NCBI GenBank assembly: GCA_028279595.1
Contig: JANQNK010000006.1
Span: 1 to 64,000 of the forward strand
DNA length: 64,000 nucleotides
From: Thermoplasmatota archaeon
GTDB lineage: Archaea > Thermoplasmatota > JAKEGO01
Reading direction: 5' to 3'
Shown here: positions 28,137 through 38,020 of the stretch, in pieces
How the letters are laid out: every line of letters begins with the position of its first letter
Position numbering within the stretch: the first letter of the stretch is position 1
The notes under the pieces: generated by a model
What the model was told of the DNA's origin: nothing
What the model saw: only the letters and a program-made list of their open reading frames with translations
The model's database searches: none
Made by a program: the position numbers and the translations under genes

Positions 28137-28886
28137 ATGAGGTATCTTACGATAATGATACTGCTAGTGGGGATCGCCCTTCCGCAAGCGGCGGCTGCCG
28201 ACGATCTCCTGGTATCGGTGGATCTGGAATTCGTGATCGGTCCATCGGACGTAAGGATCATATCCGTCTTCGAATACAATTCATCGTTCAGCCAAGGCTA
28301 CCGGGAATTCATGGACCAGAATGGGGATGGCCGTGTATCCCAGGGCGAATCGGACGCGTTCCACGAGTTCCTGGACATCAATGCTACCAAAGAGGACAAT
28401 TCGTCATTCACTTTCACCCTTGACGGGATCGAGGAATACTATTATCGATATCTGTATCATTTCGGGAACTCGGTAGGCCCTGTCGACTCATCTACCAATC
28501 TCACATGGAATGCTGAATTGAGATACAGCTTCGATACAACGAGCAGCAACGAGCACACGATCATATGGGCGGTTGTGAACGACACGGGGAACGGGTCATC
28601 GAACATTGACCAGGATACAGATTCGTTCAGTGTCGTCCCCGCAGATGGATGGCGGTTCAAGACGGTCAACGGACAGAACGCCACTGAACACGGGGATGGC
28701 TTCGACTTCCTTACATTCAACACTACGTTCAATCGGACCGATGGTGAAGACCTCGTGATCGTAATAGAAAGGATCGGAAATACCGGGAAGGACGACAGCA
28801 CGCCAGGTTTCGAAGGCTTGATGGCAATAACGGCACTTTTCATCGTGCTCCTATTAAAGAGAACGAGACTTCGATCACGATCTTGA
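28137..28886 (+). CDS. Secreted surface glycoprotein with PGF-CTERM sorting signal
   Basis: Signal peptide, many N-x-S/T sequons, DQNGDGRVS Ca-binding-like loop, TPGF followed by a TM segment and basic tail. Confidence 0.8.
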   Translation: MRYLTIMILLVGIALPQAAAADDLLVSVDLEFVIGPSDVRIISVFEYNSSFSQGYREFMDQNGDGRVSQGESDAFHEFLDINATKEDNSSFTFTLDGIEEYYYRYLYHFGNSVGPVDSSTNLTWNAELRYSFDTTSSNEHTIIWAVVNDTGNGSSNIDQDTDSFSVVPADGWRFKTVNGQNATEHGDGFDFLTFNTTFNRTDGEDLVIVIERIGNTGKDDSTPGFEGLMAITALFIVLLLKRTRLRSRS

Positions 28887-28897
28887 TAAATTATGAT

Positions 28898-29210
28898 GGC
28901 AGCCTCCATCTGGAGGCCGCCTTCTCCCACGGTAAATCGCGGCGGAGGGGATGGGCACCTCCGCCGCTGGAACGGCCGGGAGAGCCGTTCCGTACTCTGT
29001 TCATCCTGAACTGGGCTGGATAGAGCATCGGCTAGGGCTGTCATCTCGGATCAGGTGCTGGGATCCCTCCCACGTTGCTGGCGGACAGGTACTGCCCGTG
29101 GTCCTTCCATCCTCTACGGCATTACACTGACGTCCTGTCCCACTCCCCTCACCGTCAGGTCCGTGGACAGGGCCACGGCTCGGCACGGGAGGAAAATAGG
29201 TGTGGGAGGG
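28898..29210. ncRNA. Candidate structured non-coding RNA (unassigned)
   Basis: Consecutive GC-rich hairpins in a roughly 330-bp gap between convergent genes. Confidence 0.35.
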
Positions 29211-29221
29211 GTGCTAACCCC

Positions 29222-30355
29222 TCACCTGATGAAGTCTATGCCGAACTCGTTTCCGAGCGAGGAACCGAAGTTCACTCCCGGGCCGAGGATCTGCTCGGAC
29301 TTGACGCCTGTCAGGATCACCATGACCCTTATCGTCTGGTCCAGAGTGGGGTCTATCATGGCCCCCCAGATTATCCTCGCGTTCGGGTTGATCCTCTTGT
29401 TGACCTCCTCGGCAACGGTCTGGGCTTCCTCGACGGTCATGCCCGGTCCGCCCGTCACATTGACGAGTGCGCCGGTGGCATAACTGATGTCGACGTCCAG
29501 AAGCGGTGAGTTCAGGGCCTCGTTGAGCGCTGTCAGGGCCTTGTCCTCGCCGGAAGCCTCTCCAAGACCGATCATCGCGACGCCGCCGCCCTTCATGATG
29601 GTCTTCATGTCGGCGAAGTCGAGGTTGACCAGTCCCGGCTTGGTGACGATCTCGGTGATGCCCTTGATAGAGCGCATCAGGATCTCGTCCGCAACCTTGA
29701 ATGCATCGTTCAGAGCGAGCCTCGGAACGAGCTCCAGGAGCCTGTCGTTCGGTATGACGATAACGGTGTCGGCCACGTTCCTCAGCTTCTCGAGGCCGTA
29801 CTCGGCGTTCTCGGACCGCACGATCCCCTCGGCCTTGAACGGCCGGGTGACGATCGCGATGGTCAGGGAGCCGTCGTCCTTGGCGAGCTTCGATACGACC
29901 GGAGCGCTTCCGGTTCCCGTACCGCCGCCGAGGCCGCAGGTCACGAAGACGATGTCCGATTCGGCCACCGACTTTCGCAGCTCCTCCTCGCACTCGAGCG
30001 CGCCCTCTTCGCCGACCTGCGGCAGGGAGCCCGCACCAAGTCCGCGGGTGAGCCTCTTCCCGACGAGGATCTTGTGCGGCGAGTGCACCGTCAACAGATG
30101 CTGCGCATCGGTGTTGAGGGCATAAAGGTCCGCGCCCGCGATCCCCTCTTCCGTTATACGGTTGATCGTATTGCTTCCCGCCCCGCCGCAACCGAAGATC
30201 TTGATCCTGGTCTTCAGTTTCATCAGAACTTCCATGATCTCCCGGTCTTCCGTGGCCGTCTCGTGGACGACGGGTGGAGCCGGGGTCGTTGTCACTGCTG
30301 GCTCGGGAGCAACTCCCCTATTCCTCTTTAAGGCATCTTCGATTATAGATCTCAT
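29222..30355 (-). CDS. ftsZ: Cell division protein FtsZ
   Basis: [30 protein letters not shown]. Confidence 0.96.
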   Translation of the reverse strand: MRSIIEDALKRNRGVAPEPAVTTTPAPPVVHETATEDREIMEVLMKLKTRIKIFGCGGAGSNTINRITEEGIAGADLYALNTDAQHLLTVHSPHKILVGKRLTRGLGAGSLPQVGEEGALECEEELRKSVAESDIVFVTCGLGGGTGTGSAPVVSKLAKDDGSLTIAIVTRPFKAEGIVRSENAEYGLEKLRNVADTVIVIPNDRLLELVPRLALNDAFKVADEILMRSIKGITEIVTKPGLVNLDFADMKTIMKGGGVAMIGLGEASGEDKALTALNEALNSPLLDVDISYATGALVNVTGGPGMTVEEAQTVAEEVNKRINPNARIIWGAMIDPTLDQTIRVMVILTGVKSEQILGPGVNFGSSLGNEFGIDFIR

Positions 30356-30736
30356 GGTTGATTCACCCATCCCAGTCTGTATTTCCCGTAACGCCCTATG
30401 GGTATATATACCTTACTATGTCTCATTTTCCCATCTAGCGCCTGTAAAACACACTTTCTTTTTATGCATTAAACAAACGATAGAGACCAAATCCAAATCA
30501 TTGATATTATTTATAGGATAATTTACAAAGATATTATCATAATCTCGATTCATATCGTACCAAATCTCTACATATTTCAAATAATAATCTCTTTTTCACA
30601 ATCATTAATCTGCTATTATTATTTTGAGAATTAATCAAAACAGGATTCACGAAATAATTCGATTTTCTCTTAAAAAATTTCTCATAATAACGGTTACACA
30701 AAAGCCTTTTATAATGAACCTCTGTTATTGTAATGC

Positions 30737-30754
30737 GCTTGTGTGATAACAAGC
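30737..30754. promoter_or_regulatory. Palindromic operator candidate in the RHH gene promoter
   Basis: GCTTGT-N6-ACAAGC about 23 nt downstream of TTTTATAA (30707-30714). Confidence 0.4.
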
Positions 30755-30792
30755 CTATCTTGAAATGCACATCGATTACAGGAGACACCTCG

Positions 30793-31143
30793 ATGGCCGG
30801 ATCGCAGAAGAAAACACACTCCGTACGTCTCGACGATGACGACATGCACGAGCTGAGCGCTCTCGCCGTATCGGAAGGCAGGAGCGTCTCTGACGTGATC
30901 CGCGAGTCCGTACATACATATCTCGAGATGAAGAGCAAGCGCAAGTTCAGCGTCGAGCTCACCCCCGATGCGTTGGAATACCTCCGTTGGATGATAGAGC
31001 GTGGATACATCAACGACATGGAATACGCGGTGAACAACGCGGTTGAACGCTACCTGACCTCGAAATCCCTGGAGATCGAGGAAAGGAAGTTGAGGCGGCA
31101 GAGACTGGACGAATGGGCCAGCGAAGAGCGTGTCCGGTTGTAG
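30793..31143 (+). CDS. Tandem ribbon-helix-helix (CopG-like) protein
   Basis: HSVRL...SVSDVIRESV..YL plus a second FSVEL...G....AVNNAV.RYL unit; GGAG RBS. Confidence 0.75.
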   Translation: MAGSQKKTHSVRLDDDDMHELSALAVSEGRSVSDVIRESVHTYLEMKSKRKFSVELTPDALEYLRWMIERGYINDMEYAVNNAVERYLTSKSLEIEERKLRRQRLDEWASEERVRL

Positions 31144-31314
31144 TAGGGATGGGATGCACACTACCTCCTGCCGCCTCCTCAAGTTTTATATAGTAAGGCG
31201 CGTCATCCGGCGTGTCCAAGGCTTTCCGGACATTATCAACATATACGGCACTTGTCGATAATCATCCCTTTTTTCATCGACAATTATTTATACCAGTTGG
31301 GGCTAGCACGAGCG

Positions 31315-31992
31315 ATGGAACTCAGTGAGAGGATAGCCGGAGAGATCGTCATGTCCGAGGAGCCAGGGAAGGCTTTGAGGAAATGGCGGCAGATCTTCGA
31401 TATATCCCAGAAGGAACTGACGGGACACCTCGGTCTTTCGCCGTCCGTCCTGAGCGACTACGAGTCGGGCCGCAGGGGTTCCCCGGGCGTTAAGATGGTC
31501 CAGAAGATCGTCAACGCCATGGTCGAGATCGATCAGAACCGAGGCGGCGGTACCCTCGAGAGGTACAGCGAGGACAGCATCAGCGAGGCGATACCCGACA
31601 AGAGGGAGTTCACGAAGGGGATCCTCGCCGAGGAGTTCATAGAGACCATCGAGGGCCGCGTCATCGGAGGGAAGTCCCGTATGAGGCGGATCCTCTGGGG
31701 ATACTCCGTCATCGACAGCCTGAAGGCCATCACGACACTCTCGTCCTCCGACTATCTCAAGGTCTACGGTTATTCCAGCGAGCGTGCGCTGATCTTCCTC
31801 GGGGTCATGTACGGCAGGTCCCCCATGGTGGCGATCAGATCGCATCCGCTGAAGCCCGGCCTTGTCATATTCCACCAGCCGGGCTCGATAGACCCGCTCG
31901 CCGTAGAGCTTGCCGAGGTCGAGCACATCCCCCTCGCAGTTACCGATCTTCCTCTCGACGAACTGTTCGAGAGATTGCACAAGATGAACTGA
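31315..31992 (+). CDS. XRE-HTH transcriptional regulator (COG1709-like)
   Basis: IAGEIVMS..PG..LRKWR, SVLSDYESGRR, GRSPMVAIR. Confidence 0.88.
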   Translation: MELSERIAGEIVMSEEPGKALRKWRQIFDISQKELTGHLGLSPSVLSDYESGRRGSPGVKMVQKIVNAMVEIDQNRGGGTLERYSEDSISEAIPDKREFTKGILAEEFIETIEGRVIGGKSRMRRILWGYSVIDSLKAITTLSSSDYLKVYGYSSERALIFLGVMYGRSPMVAIRSHPLKPGLVIFHQPGSIDPLAVELAEVEHIPLAVTDLPLDELFERLHKMN

Positions 31993-32001
31993 GGTGAATT
32001 G

Positions 32002-33039
32002 ATGAAAGCAGGAATCGTGACCTACGGTGCGTACGTTCCCTCCTTCCGCATAGCCGCGGAGGAGATAGCGGACACCTGGGGAGAGAACGGACCCGCGATA
32101 TCGAGGGGCCTTAACGTCAAGGCCAAGTCGGTGCCCGCTCCGGACGAGGACTCCATAACCATATCTGTCGAGGCATCCCGCAACGCATTGAGGCGGCGGG
32201 CGATCGACGCTTCGAGGATAGGTTCTGTCTTCGTCGGATCGGAATCCCCGCCCTACGCAGTCAAGCCGAGCGCGACGGTGCTCGCGGCCGCGATCGGGGC
32301 GACGCCCGACATGACCGCTGCGGACCTGGAGTTCGCATGCAAGGCCGGTACGGCCGGAATGCAGGCTGCCCTCGGAATGGTCGAGGCGGGAATGGTCGAC
32401 TACGGCCTCGTCGTCGGTGCGGACACATCGCAGGGCCGTCCCGGGGACCCGCTCGAGTACACCGCCTCCGCAGGCGGTGCCGCATACATACTCGGTGCGG
32501 ACGATCCGATCGCCACGTTCAATGACATCTACTCCTACACGACCGACACGCCGGACTTCTGGAGGAGGGACCTCCAGCCGTATCCGAGCCACGGCGGCCG
32601 GTTCACGGGGAGCCCTGCATACTTCAAGCATATCACGGCCACAACGACCACCGTGATGGAGCGCATGGGAACCTCTCCGGAGGACTACAAGTACGCGATT
32701 TTCCACCAGCCGAACGGCAAGTTCCCTCTCAGGATCGGAAAGAAGCTCGGCTTCTCCCCGGAACAGGTGGAGACAGGTCTTCTGGTCCCCTTCATCGGGA
32801 ACACCTATTCTGGTTCCATGATGCTCGGTCTGACAGCCGTTCTCGATGCCGCGTCCCCAGGCGACAGGATACTCGCGGTCTCGTACGGTTCCGGTGCGGG
32901 TTCGGACGCCTTCGACATCACCGTGACCGACTCCATTGAGAAGATGAGCGAAGCCCCGACCACGATGCAGCAGGTCGAGGGGGGGCGGATGATATCGTAC
33001 GGCGTATACGCCAAGTTCAGACGGAAGATCAGGATGTGA
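32002..33039 (+). CDS. Hydroxymethylglutaryl-CoA synthase (archaeal)
   Basis: VGSES.PYAVKP, EFACKAG, DFWRR, FHQPN.KFP, GNTYSG, SYGSGAG. Confidence 0.93.
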   Translation: MKAGIVTYGAYVPSFRIAAEEIADTWGENGPAISRGLNVKAKSVPAPDEDSITISVEASRNALRRRAIDASRIGSVFVGSESPPYAVKPSATVLAAAIGATPDMTAADLEFACKAGTAGMQAALGMVEAGMVDYGLVVGADTSQGRPGDPLEYTASAGGAAYILGADDPIATFNDIYSYTTDTPDFWRRDLQPYPSHGGRFTGSPAYFKHITATTTTVMERMGTSPEDYKYAIFHQPNGKFPLRIGKKLGFSPEQVETGLLVPFIGNTYSGSMMLGLTAVLDAASPGDRILAVSYGSGAGSDAFDITVTDSIEKMSEAPTTMQQVEGGRMISYGVYAKFRRKIRM

Positions 33040-33043
33040 TCGC

Positions 33044-34210
33044 GTGAGGAAGGTTGCAGTTATCGGGATCGGCATGACGCCCTTCGGGGAGCTGTGGGAC
33101 AGGTCGCTCAGGACCCTCGGGATCGAGGCCGGGCTCAACGCCATGGTGGATGCCGGAATAACGTCCGAGGAGGTCGATGCTCTCTACGTCGGCAACATGT
33201 CCTCGGGACGTTTCACGAACCAGGAGCATATATCGGCGGTCATTGCGGACCACACGGGACTATCCGCGAGGAACCTGCCTGCCATCCGTGTGGAGGCCGG
33301 CGAGGCCTCCGGTGCTGTCGCGTTCAGGGACGCTTACCTCTCTGTCGCCTCCGAGGTCTACGACATCGTCGTGGTCGGAGGGGCCGAGAAGATGACCGAC
33401 GTCAGCGACGCCATGGCCCACGAGATCTTCGCCACCAGCGTCGATCAGCAGTGGGAGGTGTTCCTCGGCGCCACGGTGCCATCGCTCTACGCGATGATGG
33501 CCCGGCGTCACATGCACGAGTACGGGACGACGAAGGAGCAGCTCGCATCCGTCGCAGTGAACGCTCACAAGAACGGATCGAAGAATCCCAACGCGCAGTT
33601 CAAGAACCAGATCTCCGTGGAAGCGGCCGCGAAGGCGGGAATGGTCGCGTCCCCGTTGGGTATGCTCGACTGCGCTCCGATATCCGATGGTGCCGCAGCT
33701 CTCGTGCTCGCACCACTGGACATTGCCAAGAGGATGACCGACCACCCAGTCGTGATAGCGGGCAGCGGTGTCGCCACCGACACCATCAGCCTTCACCACA
33801 GGGAATCGCTCACCACCATGAGATCGACATCCGTTGCCGCGGACCTTGCGTACAGGCGGTCCGGAATGACACCCGAACACGTCGACATCGCGGAGGTGCA
33901 CGACAACTTCACAATATCCGGGATCATGGCGGTCGAGGACCTCGGGTTCGTCGAGAAGGGACAGGGCGGTCCTGCCTTCGAGAGCGGGAAGTTCGACATC
34001 GAGGGCGACCTCCCGGTGAACACGTCCGGTGGTCTCAAGGCACAGGGACAGCCTCTCGGTGCTATCGGCATCGCGCAGGTGGTCGAGGTGACAAGGCAGC
34101 TCCGCGGGGACGCGGGCGACCGCCAGGTCGACTCGCCCCAGGTGGGTCTGACCCAGTGCGTAGGTGGAACAGGCGGTACTTCCGTCGTACATGTCATGAA
34201 GGTGATCTGA
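33044..34210 (+). CDS. Archaeal/SCP2-type thiolase homologue with catalytic residues substituted
   Basis: Thiolase fold motifs (GAEKM, N..AQF, ISDGAAA, PVNTSGGLK), but EAGEASG, HDNF and GQP at the catalytic positions. Confidence 0.88.
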   Translation: MRKVAVIGIGMTPFGELWDRSLRTLGIEAGLNAMVDAGITSEEVDALYVGNMSSGRFTNQEHISAVIADHTGLSARNLPAIRVEAGEASGAVAFRDAYLSVASEVYDIVVVGGAEKMTDVSDAMAHEIFATSVDQQWEVFLGATVPSLYAMMARRHMHEYGTTKEQLASVAVNAHKNGSKNPNAQFKNQISVEAAAKAGMVASPLGMLDCAPISDGAAALVLAPLDIAKRMTDHPVVIAGSGVATDTISLHHRESLTTMRSTSVAADLAYRRSGMTPEHVDIAEVHDNFTISGIMAVEDLGFVEKGQGGPAFESGKFDIEGDLPVNTSGGLKAQGQPLGAIGIAQVVEVTRQLRGDAGDRQVDSPQVGLTQCVGGTGGTSVVHVMKVI

Positions 34211-34608
34211 TGGGCGTTGCAAGGTTTTGGCGTGAGAACAGGACCAGGTACAATCTGATCGGCAACAGGTGCCCTACGTGCGAGAAGGCCTTCTTCCCGC
34301 CGAGGGAGCTGTGCCCGACCTGTCACAGGCAGAGCATCGGCAAGATGGTGGAGATCCAGTTCTCCGGCAAGGGCAAGATATACAGTTACTCGGACGTCCA
34401 CGACGCCCCGACCGACTTCTCCGACCAGAGGCCCTACATCATGGCCATCGTCGAGCTCGACGAGGGTCCAAGGATCACGGCGCAGATCGTCGACGCGATC
34501 GACGGTGTCGAGATAGGCATGCCTGTCGAGATGGTGTTCCGTAAGATACGCGAGGAGAGCCCGGAGGGCATCATCCACTACGGTTACAAGTTCAAACCGG
34601 CCCTCTAG
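34210..34608 (+). CDS. DUF35 Zn-ribbon/OB-fold protein
   Basis: CPTC..FFPPR..CPTC, GMPVEMVFRK, YGYKF; coupled to the thiolase gene. Confidence 0.92.
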   Translation: MGVARFWRENRTRYNLIGNRCPTCEKAFFPPRELCPTCHRQSIGKMVEIQFSGKGKIYSYSDVHDAPTDFSDQRPYIMAIVELDEGPRITAQIVDAIDGVEIGMPVEMVFRKIREESPEGIIHYGYKFKPAL

Positions 34609-34844
34609 CCGTGCAGGATGCCCTTGACGGTCACTGGTGAATAGACCGCCTTCATCTCGGAGAGGAGGTTCTCGTAGTACGCCAGGTGCTTCTTGATCAC
34701 CTGGCGGCGCTCCTCGAGGGCTCTCCGCTCCTCACCCATCGCCTCCTTTATCTTGCGGGCGTTCACCTGCAACATCCTCTTCCATCGTTCGTACTCCTTC
34801 AGGGTCTCGACGATGGCGTCGCAGTTGACCTCCTCCGCAGGCAT
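34605..34844 (-). CDS. Small helical hypothetical protein
   Basis: 79-aa coiled-coil-like ORF with TTTATA upstream on the minus strand. Confidence 0.55.
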   Translation of the reverse strand: MPAEEVNCDAIVETLKEYERWKRMLQVNARKIKEAMGEERRALEERRQVIKKHLAYYENLLSEMKAVYSPVTVKGILHG

Positions 34845-34921
34845 GGGTTTCTGACCGATATATGCGTATAAATAGGTTGCCCAGTGCCCTGGAACCCTGG
34901 CTGCCACTGGAGAACGCCGGT

Positions 34922-37900
34922 CTATCCGAGGTACCTCAATGCCTCTGCCGGGGCCACCTTCGCTGCCCTCCTCGCCGGGCTAACGGTGCTGATGAACGTG
35001 AAGATGTACGAGATCGCTGAAACTGCGAATATCGTGTCCCACGGGATCACGAACTTGGCAGCCTCGAAGTCGAGGTATATGTTGTAACCCAGAATTATCC
35101 CGAGTCCTACCCCGAGGACGATCCCCAGCAATGCTATGAACGACGATTCGATGAGGAAGCTCTTCAGTATCATGTTCCTCTTGAACCCGATTGCACGCAG
35201 CATGCCGATCTGCTGTCTCCGTTCGGTGACCGATCTTATGGTGATGATACCGAGTCCTGCGATCCCGACTACGAGCCCCAGTCCGATGAAGGCCTCGAGC
35301 AGGTAGAAGAAGTTCTTGATCATCGAGAGCTGCGCCTCCAGCTCGGCCTTGATGATGTAGGTCTGCATTCCGTTGGCGATGAACGCGCTCTCCATGTTCT
35401 TGGCGATCCTGTCCTGCTGGTCCTCCGAGAGGCCCCTCCTGAACTTGAACAGGACCAACGAGGATGCGGTGACGTTGAACTCCTCGTTCACGACCGTCGA
35501 ATTGACGAAGATCCCCTGTATTAGCGACTGTTTCATGATCCCGATTATCGTCACGGTATGATTGCCGCCGAAGGGGTCCCGGATGACGACGACCGACCCG
35601 AGCTCTATCTCGACCCCCTCCATCGGAGGACCGAACTCCTCGGGGATGACCGAGTGGTCCACGATTGCCAGTGAGCCGTTGTCCTGCACCGCCCTCCATG
35701 CGTCCTGGTATTTCGGATAGTCCTTCTCGATCCATTCCTCGAGCTCGTAGTCGCTGGAGTTGAAGAAATGCTCCGTGCATCCGATGATCGAATACCAGGT
35801 CCCGTTCTCCTCGAACTCCGGGAACGGACGTGTGTGATTCCGGTATAGTGCCCGTTCCTCGAGATCATCCGGGATGCCTTTCGGGAGGCCATATGTCGCG
35901 GAGAGGGACCTCGACAGAGGGACGATGGTCCGGAAATCATCGAGGTCGAGCGTGTCGTTCATGGATATCTGGGCCTCGACATCGAACAGCGGTGTATTGG
36001 GATTCGTGTACCCTATCATGTGATAGCCGCCGCTCTGCTCCCGTGTGATCTCGTCGATGTTCCCCTCGATCTGACTGATGATCATCGCCGTCGTGGTGAT
36101 GGTGAAGATGATGAGCGTGAACATCGCCAGCGTCATCCCGGTCCTGAACTTCGAGTCCATGGGATAGGAGATGGCCGTCTTGAAGACCGGAACGATGGAC
36201 TTGAACCTGCCGAACACCCTGATGAGCCCCTGGAGCATCAGATGGTTGTTGTAGATGACGATGAAGAGTGCTCCCATTACCATGAATATCCCCGAGAATA
36301 TCCATATCACCATGGAATCCTGCAGATCGAAGCCGAAGAGGCTGAAGAAACCGTAGGGATATGACCACACTGCCAGGATCAGGAACCCGCCGAGGGTGAA
36401 AGCCCGCTCGTCGAGCATCCACCGCCTGAGCAGAAGCGTGAACCCCAGCAGTATTATCGAGAGACCGCCGTAGGCCGGCCACGATTCCAGGTATACAGGT
36501 GATCCCGGGTCGCCGACGGCCATGTAGGTCATGACTGCGCCGAGAAGGATTATGAGGAGTTCGTACTGTCTAAGTACCTGGTCCCTGAACCTGAACACAG
36601 TCCTCTTCAGGGTTCCCAGGTCCGGGTCCAGTTCCTCGATCTCATGGCGGGTGTACCTTGGTTCGGGAATGTTCCTGATGGCCCGGATGATGTTGAGCTT
36701 GCTGACCTTCCACGAGGAGTAGACGATCGTTATGAAAGTGATCATCAGCCCCGCGCTGAAGGCGATCACTAGGCTGTCCGCCGTGAACACGAAGTACTCC
36801 ATTATCGGGAATGCCTCCCCTATGAAGATGTTCGAGAAGGCCAGGATTATCAGCCATGCGACGGCGACACCGACGAACACGCCGATCAGCGCCGCGAAGA
36901 CCGCCAGGAAGGCTCCCTCGAAGAGGAACTGGTACATCAGGTACTTCGCCCTGAGGCCGATGGCCCTCTGGATGCCCATCTCACCCTTCCGCTCCTCGGC
37001 GAGCATCACGAAGATGTTCACCACGAGAAGGACGCCTGCGATTATGCTGAACGCTCCCAGGATGAGGAAGAGCTCCGTCAGCTGTCTGCTTCCCTCGAGC
37101 GCCTGCTCGATGGCCTCCTGCTTTGCCTTGGAAATCGTCAGCGGTACCGGCTGGTTCTGGAGGTAGGGTTCGAGCCCCTTCGCAGCCCTATCGCTGAGCT
37201 CCATCCCCTCGACCTTGTCGCCGACATTGCTGATCTTGAGGTAATTTATCTGGTCGCCGACACCGAGCAGGTCCTGCAGGACATCCAACCGCATGAAGAT
37301 GTTCAGTCCTCCGATCCCCTGGAACATCCCGAATGCGGCCCGTCCCTTGAACTCCACGACCTCGCGGACCCGCACGACCGTCGAGCTGTTGAGCCCGTAG
37401 TACAGTACAAGCTTGTCGCCCCTCTTGACGTCCAGCTCGTCTGCCACCAGCTCGTTGACGAAGACCTCGTCGTCCTCCAGGTCGTTGGAGGTCTGCCTGC
37501 CTCCCCTGGTGGGGTAGAAGCTCCCGAACGCCTTGGATTCATCGTGATCTACACCCCAAAGCTGAAGGCCGGCCTCGGACAGCTTCGTCCTCCTGTCCAA
37601 TACAGAGACCGTCATCGAGATCTCGGGAGAGACGTCCTCGATCACGTTCCCCAAACCCTCGTCGTCGATGTACTGGTTGAGACCCTCGTAGACGGAGTAG
37701 TTGAAGAACGCATACGTGAAGTTCGGCGTGAACGTGAATGCGATCTCGTCGGTCTCGTCGTACGAATCGTAGGCGCTCTTGGTGAAGAGGTTCTCGAGGG
37801 TGTCTCCCACGATCAATGATCCCGATATGATCGCCGTTCCCACCATGAGCCCGCATACGATGATGACCGTGTTGACCTTCCTTCGCGTCAGGTTCCGCAT

Positions 37901-38020
37901 CCCCATCTTCGCAAGGGTCCTGTACTTGATCGCCAGGACACCTACGAATGCGAAGAAAAGGATGACGATCAACAGGAATGAGAGAGCTCCGTCGGACATC
38001 CGATCACTTTCCCTTCCCAT
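34922..38020 (-). CDS. ABC transporter permease (FtsX/MacB-like, duplicated)
   Basis: Two FtsX-type repeats, ERKGEMGIQRAIG and ERRQQIGMLRAIG; large glycosylated extracellular loops. Confidence 0.9.
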   Translation of the reverse strand: MGRESDRMSDGALSFLLIVILFFAFVGVLAIKYRTLAKMGMRNLTRRKVNTVIIVCGLMVGTAIISGSLIVGDTLENLFTKSAYDSYDETDEIAFTFTPNFTYAFFNYSVYEGLNQYIDDEGLGNVIEDVSPEISMTVSVLDRRTKLSEAGLQLWGVDHDESKAFGSFYPTRGGRQTSNDLEDDEVFVNELVADELDVKRGDKLVLYYGLNSSTVVRVREVVEFKGRAAFGMFQGIGGLNIFMRLDVLQDLLGVGDQINYLKISNVGDKVEGMELSDRAAKGLEPYLQNQPVPLTISKAKQEAIEQALEGSRQLTELFLILGAFSIIAGVLLVVNIFVMLAEERKGEMGIQRAIGLRAKYLMYQFLFEGAFLAVFAALIGVFVGVAVAWLIILAFSNIFIGEAFPIMEYFVFTADSLVIAFSAGLMITFITIVYSSWKVSKLNIIRAIRNIPEPRYTRHEIEELDPDLGTLKRTVFRFRDQVLRQYELLIILLGAVMTYMAVGDPGSPVYLESWPAYGGLSIILLGFTLLLRRWMLDERAFTLGGFLILAVWSYPYGFFSLFGFDLQDSMVIWIFSGIFMVMGALFIVIYNNHLMLQGLIRVFGRFKSIVPVFKTAISYPMDSKFRTGMTLAMFTLIIFTITTTAMIISQIEGNIDEITREQSGGYHMIGYTNPNTPLFDVEAQISMNDTLDLDDFRTIVPLSRSLSATYGLPKGIPDDLEERALYRNHTRPFPEFEENGTWYSIIGCTEHFFNSSDYELEEWIEKDYPKYQDAWRAVQDNGSLAIVDHSVIPEEFGPPMEGVEIELGSVVVIRDPFGGNHTVTIIGIMKQSLIQGIFVNSTVVNEEFNVTASSLVLFKFRRGLSEDQQDRIAKNMESAFIANGMQTYIIKAELEAQLSMIKNFFYLLEAFIGLGLVVGIAGLGIITIRSVTERRQQIGMLRAIGFKRNMILKSFLIESSFIALLGIVLGVGLGIILGYNIYLDFEAAKFVIPWDTIFAVSAISYIFTFISTVSPARRAAKVAPAEALRYLG

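Noticed and set aside
28898-29210. SRP RNA or RNase P RNA
   Set aside because: GTCAGGTCCG is not followed by the GNRA/AGCAG helix-8 motif, and the RNase P CR-I/CR-V consensus was not found. Kept as an unassigned element.
33094-34608. 504-aa ORF overlapping the thiolase; likewise the extended starts at 26098 and 51039
   Set aside because: Only the 3' parts (DUF35 from 34210, small subunit from 26416, HerA from about 51330) are protein-like.
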